Notes under the pieces: model-generated | Told to the model about the DNA's origin: nothing | The model's input: only the letters and a program-made list of their open reading frames with translations | Databases searched by the model: none | Position numbers and translations under genes: made by a program | NCBI GenBank assembly: GCA_046291015.1 | Contig: JBKBTB010000001.1 | Coordinates: forward strand, 1-30,412 | Length of the DNA stretch: 30,412 nt | DNA from: Exilispira sp. | GTDB taxonomy: Bacteria > Spirochaetota > JAAYUW01 | Direction of reading: 5' to 3' | Part shown: positions 17,620 to 24,966 of the stretch, piece after piece | Layout: each line of letters begins with the position of its first letter | How positions within the stretch are numbered: position 1 is the first letter of the stretch

Positions 17620-19212
17620 ATGAAAAGGACATTTTTTGCTGCTATTTTTATTTTATTTTTTACTATTTTATTTTCATGTCAATCACCCATTGATCTTTTA
17701 AGTGATCCTGGAATCGGTCCGGAAAAGGCTGCTATGTACGTTCCAACAACAAGACTCAATATGACATCAAAAGATGCATATGAGCAAGATGATTCAACAA
17801 CTTATGCAAAAACAATTACTGTAAATGCAACACCTCAAGAGCATAATTTTTATGATGATGCTAAAGATTATATGAAATTCACCGCGGTTGCTGGTACTAC
17901 TTATGTAATCGAAACAATTGTTTATGGTTATGCTGATACAGTTCTATATCTTTTAGATGGTACCACTACTATTGCTTCAAATGATGACAAAGGGGATGGT
18001 ACTTATGGCTCTAAGATAACATGGACAGCAAGCTCTTCTAAAACTTATTACATTTTATCTTATTCTTACAATGGTAGATATGGTACAAACAGAGGTTATA
18101 CAATTTCTTTAACAAGTAATGGTGGTGGTGGCAGTGGTATAACCCTTCCACAACCAAAAAAAAGCTGGACTATTCTCGTTTATCTAGATGCAGACAATAA
18201 CCTTTCATCATACGGAGATTATGATATTAATGAAATGAAAGCAGTTGGATCAGATAGCAACATAAATATAGTTGTTCTATGGGATAATGCTGGAAGTACT
18301 CATGGATACTATTATATTCAGACAACAGGCGCTATACTGTTAAAAGATGTTGGTGAAGTCAACATGGGCTCTGAAACTACAGCTAAAAACTTTATAGATT
18401 ATGCAACTTTAAATTTTCCTGCTGATCACTATATGTGGATATTCTGGAATCATGGTGGAGCAGTCGATAGATCTTTAACACCAAAAGGTGTTTGCTGGGA
18501 TGATACAAATAGTTCAGATCATTTAAGTGAAGTTGAACAAAAATCAATAATCTCTTACTTGAATTCAAAAACAGGCAAAATGCTTGATGTTCTTGCTTAT
18601 GATGCTTGCTTAATGGCTTGTGCTGAACTTATTTATCAGTTTAGAGGCATGGCAAGTTATCTTGCTTCTTCTGAACAGACAATACCTGGAAATGGTTATG
18701 ATTATAGATTTATCTCTTATATCAAAAATAATCCAACTACTACTGCTTATTATGCTGCAAAAGCTATTTTTGACTACTATAAATCCACTTATAGCACCAC
18801 TTCTGATGTTACATTCTCTGTTGTAAATTTGTCCTATGCTAGTAATCTTGGTACAGCTCTTAACAATTTTGCAACAGCAGCAAAAAATAGTGGTATATCT
18901 GGAACAACATTTAAAAATTTAAAACCTACAAGCAGTTTTTCTGGATACACATGGGATCTTTATGTATACATGAATAATATCTATAACAATTCAAGTATAA
19001 CCACTACTGTTAAAAATTATGCAAAGGCTGTTATGGATTTAGTTAATCCAGCTAATGCTCAACTTGTTGTTCTTGAATGGCATGGATCGACATGGACTGG
19101 CAAAGCTTATGGAGTTTCTATAACATTAAAATCTGATACAACAATTTATCAACAACTTGATATATGTATCGATACTCAATGGAATGAATTTTTAACTTTT
19201 GCCGGTTTTTAA
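17620..19212 (+). CDS. Clostripain-family (C11) cysteine peptidase lipoprotein with an N-terminal PPC-like beta-domain
   Basis: Lipobox LFSC; DAYEQDD / DTVLYL / SNDD / TYYI pre-peptidase-like domain; GGGGSG linker; WTILVYLDADNNL, WNHGG (His), YDACLMA (Cys), SEQTIPGNGYDY; RBS GAAGGAG. Confidence 0.88.
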   Translation: MKRTFFAAIFILFFTILFSCQSPIDLLSDPGIGPEKAAMYVPTTRLNMTSKDAYEQDDSTTYAKTITVNATPQEHNFYDDAKDYMKFTAVAGTTYVIETIVYGYADTVLYLLDGTTTIASNDDKGDGTYGSKITWTASSSKTYYILSYSYNGRYGTNRGYTISLTSNGGGGSGITLPQPKKSWTILVYLDADNNLSSYGDYDINEMKAVGSDSNINIVVLWDNAGSTHGYYYIQTTGAILLKDVGEVNMGSETTAKNFIDYATLNFPADHYMWIFWNHGGAVDRSLTPKGVCWDDTNSSDHLSEVEQKSIISYLNSKTGKMLDVLAYDACLMACAELIYQFRGMASYLASSEQTIPGNGYDYRFISYIKNNPTTTAYYAAKAIFDYYKSTYSTTSDVTFSVVNLSYASNLGTALNNFATAAKNSGISGTTFKNLKPTSSFSGYTWDLYVYMNNIYNNSSITTTVKNYAKAVMDLVNPANAQLVVLEWHGSTWTGKAYGVSITLKSDTTIYQQLDICIDTQWNEFLTFAGF

Positions 19213-19236
19213 TCTTTAAATCAATTAATTAAAATT

Positions 19237-19278
19237 AAAAAGGGACTAACTTATCAACATTGTTAGTCCCTTTTTTTT
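19237..19278. terminator. Bidirectional rho-independent terminator between the convergent clostripain gene and ygfK
   Basis: AAAAA-GGGACTAAC (19242-19250), 11-nt loop, GTTAGTCCC (19262-19270), T8. T-runs follow the hairpin on both strands. Confidence 0.88.
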
Positions 19279-19279
19279 A

Positions 19280-19330
19280 TTTATTCAGTTAATTTGTTTA
19301 TTCGTTTAATTTATTTATTCATTTAAGTTA
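19280..19330. repeat. Three tandem 17-bp units, the third spanning the ygfK stop codon
   Basis: tttattcagttaatttg / tttattcgtttaattta / tttattcatttaagtta at 19280, 19297 and 19314. The ygfK TAA is at 19317-19315. Confidence 0.8.
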
Positions 19331-22300
19331 TAATTATTCTTAAAGATCTCTGGATAATTATTGATTAAATAAATTGCAAATCTCGATATATCACTATTTT
19401 CTTTAATTCTAAATTGTCCTTCTATTTTTTGAGATTCAATTTTTAAGATATTTTTCCCTTCATCTTTAATATATATAGAAATATTTTCTTTGTCAGTGTA
19501 TGGTTCCACAAAAATCCCACTATTTTCAGAATGATTGAATTTTTTTAATGAATCAAAAATGGTAAATTTGTCCTTATATGGAAAACCTTCGTATGGACAG
19601 AAAGTCTCGCAATTTCCACATTCATTGCATAAATAATCCAAATGAATAATCTGATAATTGTCATTGAAATCTGGATTTGAATATGGTATTACTCTGTTAG
19701 CTCTATTTGGACAAACATCCACACATCTTCCACAATAAATATTACACGAAAGACATCTAACATAATCATCTTTTACGGGATATTTTCTTTTACCCCGATT
19801 CACCATAGACTTTTCATCAAATGTTTTCAAATAATCAATTGGATTAAAATTAGAAAAAATATCTTCCTTTATATTGTTATTTTCTAAAATCTTATCTGTA
19901 ACAATTCTTGCATCGGCTATTGCTTCTACGACAGAAGCAGAACCAGAAGTACAATCACCAACAAAATAGATACCTTCTTTCTCTTTATGAAACATAAAAG
20001 AGCTTTTATCTAATTTTTCAAGATCATCTATTTTGATATTATTTATAGTAAACCAATCCTTATCTCTATCTTCACCTATTGCAAAAATTATAGAATCTGC
20101 TTTCAAGATTTCAAATTGGGCAGAAGGTACTACAGTTCTTCTACCATCTTTGCCTTTCTCATCAAGTTTCATGATTTCACAGGTCAATGTACCATTTTTA
20201 TATGAAATTGGTTGCCTTAACATTCGAAAACTTATTCCATCTTTGCAAGCATTTTCATATTCCTCCCTATCTGCTGGAAGCTCATTTTCTGTTCTCCTGT
20301 AAACAACAGTTACATATTTAACCTTGTTGACTCTTATTGCGGCTCTAGCGGCATCCATAGCCGAATTCCCGCCTCCAATAACAACTACCTGTTTGCCTAA
20401 ATTTAATTTCTTATTTTCATTATATGCTTTTAGAAACTCTATTGCATCAAAAACATTCCCTTCACAATATTCAAGATTTAATTTTTTAGATTTATCTGCA
20501 CCGATCGAAACAATAATATATTTATATCCCAGATCTTTTAATTCAGAAATATTTTCTACCTTTTTATTAATAAATTTAACATCTAAAAATTTTAATAACT
20601 CTATATCTTTTTCTATTGTTTTCTTTTTTATTCTAAATTTAGGTATTATTGAACTGACAATTCCACCAATTTCCCTTTCTTTTTCAAAAATAGTAACATC
20701 GAAACCAGTTCTTGCTAAAAAATTAGCACAGGAAACACCTGCAGGGCCACCTCCAATAATTGCAATTTTTATATTGTTTTTAATTATATTTTTCTTTTCA
20801 TCTTTTATATAATTCTTTAAATATTTTAGACCATTCTTACTGGCAATTAATTTTTCTGCTCTTATTTCAACTGATTTATCATAAAAGTTCCTGGTGCAGT
20901 TATACATGCAAAAATGAGTACAAATTGTACCTGTTATAAAAGGCAAAGGATTTTTTGAAAATATGACTTTTATTGCATTTTTGTAATCTTTCTTCTCCAA
21001 AAACCTTAAATATTCTGGAATGTCCTGATGAATAGGACAGGAGACAACACAAGGAGCTATAAAACAATCAAAAAGCGGTATTTTATCCTTAATAACCTTT
21101 TTTCCTAAAGGGAAAAATGGATGAGAAGGAATTTTTTGATAAAGTTCACCACTTGAAATCTCAGATGCATTTATTTTCTTGTGTTTTAAAGGAATACTTA
21201 TCTCGGCTTTTTTCGAAATATGATAAAGTCTATAATATCCACCTGGTTTTAATATGTCGGTTACAATTGTAACAGGATAGATCCCATTTTTTAATACTTC
21301 TTTTATATTAAATTGATTGATACCTGCAGAAAATGATATGGTAAGATTTTTAAACTTTTTTCTGAAGATTTCAGCGACTTCTAATGATAATGGGAAAATA
21401 GCTCTACCAGAAAGGTAAGACATTTCCCCTTTTAAGTTTGTTTGATTGATAGTAGCAAGTGTGTTGCTCACTTTTATACCAAAATTAAGTCTTCTTTCTC
21501 TTGCTTTTTCTAAGGATCTTTCAACAATTTCAAAAGCCTTTTCAAGAATAAGATCATGAGCAAAACTTTCTTCAGACAATTTTATATAGCCAAAACCATG
21601 ACTGTCAAGTATGCTTTTTACTTTATGGTAACCTAAAAGAGTGGGATTTACTTTTAATAGAAGATTTAATTTTTTTTCAACAAAAAGATATTTTATAATA
21701 CTCTCAATTTCTTCTGGTCTTGTACCATGCATTGTCGATAAAGTAAATATATTTGAGATTTGATATGATTCTTTTGCTATTTTTTCAAAAATTTGAAAAG
21801 GAAATTCTTTACCCAATTTATTTGATATTTTTCTACAAAAAGGCTTTTTTAAAATATCTATAAGATCAGCTGCTAATTTACTTACATACCTGCCTTTACC
21901 GCAAATTTCGTCTATAAATTTGTTTACCTTTTCTGAACGAATTCCATCATAACTATAACCAATGCTAGCTACAAATATAAATCCATCATCTATTTCATCT
22001 GATTTTTCTTTATTAATTGATTTTAATTCTAAAATATCCTTTAGTAAAATTATGATTAAAAAAGATTTGATATATTCTTCAATAGCCTGCTCTATCTTTA
22101 ATTCAGAAGACCATTCTACATTGTATCCTTCATCTACGGCATAAATACAAGGTTTATCTACTTCAATACTATCATTTTCCTGGACGGTTTTTAATTCTAT
22201 AAATCTTGCTCCTGTTAAAAAACTAACTATTATATTTTGAGCTAGCTGAGTATGAGGTCCGGCAGCTATTCCAGAGGGCAAATCAAGAGATTTTCCCCAA

Positions 22301-22437
22301 AAATTTATTCTTCCCCTGCCTGATGGTTTATAAAAATAATTATTGTTTATATCAAAAATAGAGCCACTTCTTGTATATTCAGTGAATATTGAATATATCA
22401 GCTCTTCTAAAGATAAGGGATTCATGATATTTCCCAT
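19315..22437 (-). CDS. ygfK: YgfK-family Fe-S flavoprotein oxidoreductase (historically annotated putative selenate reductase subunit)
   Basis: MGNIMNP start, AAGPHTQLAQNI, RFIELKTVQ, KPCI, EWSSEL, LSTMHG, KVNPTLLG, YLSGRAIFPL, APCVVSCPIHQDIP, GGGPAG, GGGNSAMDAAR, two C-terminal 4Fe-4S motifs; RBS AGGAG. Confidence 0.93.
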   Translation of the reverse strand: MGNIMNPLSLEELIYSIFTEYTRSGSIFDINNNYFYKPSGRGRINFWGKSLDLPSGIAAGPHTQLAQNIIVSFLTGARFIELKTVQENDSIEVDKPCIYAVDEGYNVEWSSELKIEQAIEEYIKSFLIIILLKDILELKSINKEKSDEIDDGFIFVASIGYSYDGIRSEKVNKFIDEICGKGRYVSKLAADLIDILKKPFCRKISNKLGKEFPFQIFEKIAKESYQISNIFTLSTMHGTRPEEIESIIKYLFVEKKLNLLLKVNPTLLGYHKVKSILDSHGFGYIKLSEESFAHDLILEKAFEIVERSLEKARERRLNFGIKVSNTLATINQTNLKGEMSYLSGRAIFPLSLEVAEIFRKKFKNLTISFSAGINQFNIKEVLKNGIYPVTIVTDILKPGGYYRLYHISKKAEISIPLKHKKINASEISSGELYQKIPSHPFFPLGKKVIKDKIPLFDCFIAPCVVSCPIHQDIPEYLRFLEKKDYKNAIKVIFSKNPLPFITGTICTHFCMYNCTRNFYDKSVEIRAEKLIASKNGLKYLKNYIKDEKKNIIKNNIKIAIIGGGPAGVSCANFLARTGFDVTIFEKEREIGGIVSSIIPKFRIKKKTIEKDIELLKFLDVKFINKKVENISELKDLGYKYIIVSIGADKSKKLNLEYCEGNVFDAIEFLKAYNENKKLNLGKQVVVIGGGNSAMDAARAAIRVNKVKYVTVVYRRTENELPADREEYENACKDGISFRMLRQPISYKNGTLTCEIMKLDEKGKDGRRTVVPSAQFEILKADSIIFAIGEDRDKDWFTINNIKIDDLEKLDKSSFMFHKEKEGIYFVGDCTSGSASVVEAIADARIVTDKILENNNIKEDIFSNFNPIDYLKTFDEKSMVNRGKRKYPVKDDYVRCLSCNIYCGRCVDVCPNRANRVIPYSNPDFNDNYQIIHLDYLCNECGNCETFCPYEGFPYKDKFTIFDSLKKFNHSENSGIFVEPYTDKENISIYIKDEGKNILKIESQKIEGQFRIKENSDISRFAIYLINNYPEIFKNNYNLNE

Positions 22438-22489
22438 AAGATATCTCCTGGAAGAATAAACTTGATTCTTTGACTGTATCTTTTAATTT

Positions 22490-23140
22490 CTATCTTCTAT
22501 TCTTATATTTTTCCCAATCACTTAAGAAAGTTTGCAATCCACTATCCGTAAGAGGATGTTTCATTATTTTTAATAGGACATTCATTGGAACTGTAACAAC
22601 ATCGGCACCTATTTTAGCAGCTCTTAAAATATGTTCGGGATGTCTTATAGAAGCAACTATTATTTGAGTGTTAAAAGAATAATTTGTAAAAATTTTTTTT
22701 ATATCTTCAACCAGTTTAATACCTTCAGTACTTATATCATCCAGCCTTCCAACAAATGGTGATATATAGGTTGCACCGACTTTCGCAGCTATCAATGCCT
22801 GTAAAGGTGTAAATACCAAAGTTACATTTGTCTTTATCCCTTCTAAAGACAAAACTTTAGTAGCTTTTATACCCTCTTCAATCATAGGAATTTTAATAAC
22901 TACATTTGGTGATATTTTTGCAAGAATTCGAGCTTCTTTAATCATATTTTCAGCATCTATAGACACTACTTCTGCAGATATTGGACCTTTAACAATATCA
23001 CAAATTTCTTTAATTCTTTGATTAAAATCAACATTTTCCTTTGCAATTAATGTAGGATTAGTGGTAACTCCATCAATTATACCAATTTCATACGCTTTCT
23101 TTATCTCTTCAATATTTGCAGTATCTAAAAATATTTTCAT
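22490..23140 (-). CDS. tal: Transaldolase (TalC/Fsa-type small family)
   Basis: FLDTAN, GVTTNPT, GPISAEV, NVVIKIP (Schiff-base Lys), [20 protein letters not shown]. Glu in SAEV and Phe in SPFVGR indicate transaldolase rather than fructose-6-phosphate aldolase. Confidence 0.93.
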   Translation of the reverse strand: MKIFLDTANIEEIKKAYEIGIIDGVTTNPTLIAKENVDFNQRIKEICDIVKGPISAEVVSIDAENMIKEARILAKISPNVVIKIPMIEEGIKATKVLSLEGIKTNVTLVFTPLQALIAAKVGATYISPFVGRLDDISTEGIKLVEDIKKIFTNYSFNTQIIVASIRHPEHILRAAKIGADVVTVPMNVLLKIMKHPLTDSGLQTFLSDWEKYKNRR

Positions 23141-23144
23141 AATC

Positions 23145-23534
23145 TTACTTCTTTTTGGTTATTTGTTCTATTTTTTGAAGCATATATTTTGCCAATTTAA
23201 CGGCTGCACTTGAACCATTATATTCTTCTATTACTTTCTTAAACCATATTGTAGCTATATCATATTTTTTCATGTTAAAATAAACAAAACCTATTTCATA
23301 ACATGCCCATGAAGTAAACTCTTTATCATCTGGAAATTTTTCAAGTATTGTCATAAAATATTTAATCGCAACATCATAAGCCTGATTATCAAATGCTAAT
23401 TGACCTTCTAAAAGAAGCTTTTCCGGTGGATAAATATTACCATTTGAATCATTTATAACATATTTGTAGGTCTGGCAGGATGAAAAAAATAAAATAATCA
23501 GTGCAGTAAATAAAAATAAACTTTTTTTAACCAT
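23145..23534 (-). CDS. Small TPR lipoprotein, BamD-like (resembles spirochaetal BB0324-type)
   Basis: Lipobox FSSC; [31 protein letters not shown] and [13 protein letters not shown] helices; RBS GAGGG. The BamD-like assignment is from memory. Confidence 0.65.
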   Translation of the reverse strand: MVKKSLFLFTALIILFFSSCQTYKYVINDSNGNIYPPEKLLLEGQLAFDNQAYDVAIKYFMTILEKFPDDKEFTSWACYEIGFVYFNMKKYDIATIWFKKVIEEYNGSSAAVKLAKYMLQKIEQITKKK

Positions 23535-23644
23535 CGAACCCTCACAAAGTTATATAATAAAAACAATTTTAAATAATCATCTTGTAGGATAATTCAATAA
23601 AATCTTTAATTCAATTTGACTAATATAAATTAAAAGTATTTTAA

Positions 23645-23670
23645 TATACTTTATATTTATACTTTATATT
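23645..23670. repeat. Perfect 13-bp tandem duplication spanning the PadR stop codon
   Basis: tatactttatatt at 23645 and 23658. The PadR TAA is at 23666-23664. Confidence 0.75.
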
Positions 23671-24176
23671 TCTAAAAGAGCTTCTAAAAACTTAATGTTT
23701 TGCTTAAATTCTCTTAATTTTTCCTCATATAGCAAATCTCTATATCGATTCTTAACATCCATCTCCATCTTCCATTTTGGAAGATTATCGATACACTTAT
23801 TGATCTCCTCAATTTGCTTTTTGAGAAAATTTACCCTTTCATCCTTTGTTAAATTGTGCAAAAACAAAAGTTTTAGCTCAAGACCAAATCTTGTTATAGC
23901 TGTTCCCTTAAAAGGTTCTTTTAACCACTCCTTGATTTTAGTCTTTCCTTCATCTGTAATAGAATAGACTTCTTTGGGTATTTTGCCATCCATAATTTTC
24001 TTACTTTTTAATAATCCTCTTTTTTCCAGCCTTTTTAATGCTGGATAAATAGAACCGGGAGATGCAGACCACCGTATAATATAAGATTTGTCAAAGATTT
24101 TCTTTACATCATATCCTGAAAAATCATTAATTGAAACCAATCCTAAAAGGACATATTCTAATTCTGTAGTTTTAAT
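23664..24176 (-). CDS. PadR-family transcriptional regulator (with C-terminal helical domain)
   Basis: LEYVLLGLV, SGYDVKK, WSASPGSIYPALKRLEKRGLL, KEVYSITDEG, LELKLLF. Start placed at ATT 24176 behind GGGAGG; the ORF track uses TTG 24215. Confidence 0.9.
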   Translation of the reverse strand: MKTTELEYVLLGLVSINDFSGYDVKKIFDKSYIIRWSASPGSIYPALKRLEKRGLLKSKKIMDGKIPKEVYSITDEGKTKIKEWLKEPFKGTAITRFGLELKLLFLHNLTKDERVNFLKKQIEEINKCIDNLPKWKMEMDVKNRYRDLLYEEKLREFKQNIKFLEALLEI

Positions 24177-24215
24177 AGACGCCTCCCAATTATTAATTCT
24201 AAAATAACTAATCAA

Positions 24216-24243
24216 ATATTAAACACTCAATATATTTTGTCAA
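24216..24243 (-). promoter_or_regulatory. Candidate sigma70 promoter for padR
   Basis: Minus strand reads TTGACA (24243-24238), 16 nt, TAATAT (24221-24216). The -35 is perfect, the -10 is 4/6, and the background is AT-rich. Confidence 0.5.
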
Positions 24244-24311
24244 TATTTTATCTGTTTTTATTTGCATTCTATATTCAATATGATAATTATTTTAAAAAAA
24301 CAAGGAAATTT

Positions 24312-24920
24312 ATGCCTAAATTTTTGAAATATTATGATAGAATTCTTTTAAGTAAAAATTTATCAGATAAATCCATAATGAAATTTTATAATTCAGGATA
24401 TCACAAAATATTTTGCACTTCTTCTTTTAATTATAAAATAGTACAAAAATATTTCATCTTAAGGGAAGAACTTACGCCTGAAGAAAGACTTTATTATCTT
24501 TTTGAACATCTTTCTTCAAAGAATTATTCTGATTATCCAGTATATTTATTTCTATATGGCGATAAAATGATTGAAAAAAAGCCAATTGTGAATTTATTTT
24601 TAGAAAAAGAAGATCCAAATCTTATAAGACTTCTTAATAAAAAGATTGAAAACATTATGAAATTCAAACCATCATCATCTATTCTCGTTACTTTCGATAA
24701 TTATCACTTAATACAATTCAAACTCAAAGGACAAAAACTTTTACCAAGTAATCAGATAGAAAATATTTATGGTATTAAGGGAAGAATCAGCTGGATTAAT
24801 CTCTCCACTAAAATTAGATTTTTAGATTTTTCATATTTAAAATGCTATGGAACAATCTATGATCCTTTCAAAATCTGGAAAAAATCTTTTCTGGAAAGCT
24901 ATAATTTCGAAATAATTTAA
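24312..24920 (+). CDS. Hypothetical protein
   Basis: Open frame of about 200 aa with genome-typical composition, ending 46 bp before murD. ATG 24312 follows AAGGA and is preferred over TTG 24237. No family recognised. Confidence 0.6.
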   Translation: MPKFLKYYDRILLSKNLSDKSIMKFYNSGYHKIFCTSSFNYKIVQKYFILREELTPEERLYYLFEHLSSKNYSDYPVYLFLYGDKMIEKKPIVNLFLEKEDPNLIRLLNKKIENIMKFKPSSSILVTFDNYHLIQFKLKGQKLLPSNQIENIYGIKGRISWINLSTKIRFLDFSYLKCYGTIYDPFKIWKKSFLESYNFEII

Positions 24921-24966
24921 TCTATAAAAAAACATTTTTATTTATAAAATTTAAGAATAAGAAAAA

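Noticed and set aside
16434-19314. Genomic island or mobile element
   Set aside because: No integrase, transposase, tRNA attachment site, terminal inverted repeats or target-site duplication were seen.
10845-22437. Selenocysteine (UGA) read-through in ygfK or the xdh subunits
   Set aside because: All of these ORFs are full length and end in TAA or TAG; no in-frame TGA requires recoding.
20033-22667. Plus-strand ORFs of 60-162 aa (20033, 20324, 21962, 22470)
   Set aside because: Antisense to ygfK or tal, with no RBS or family motifs.
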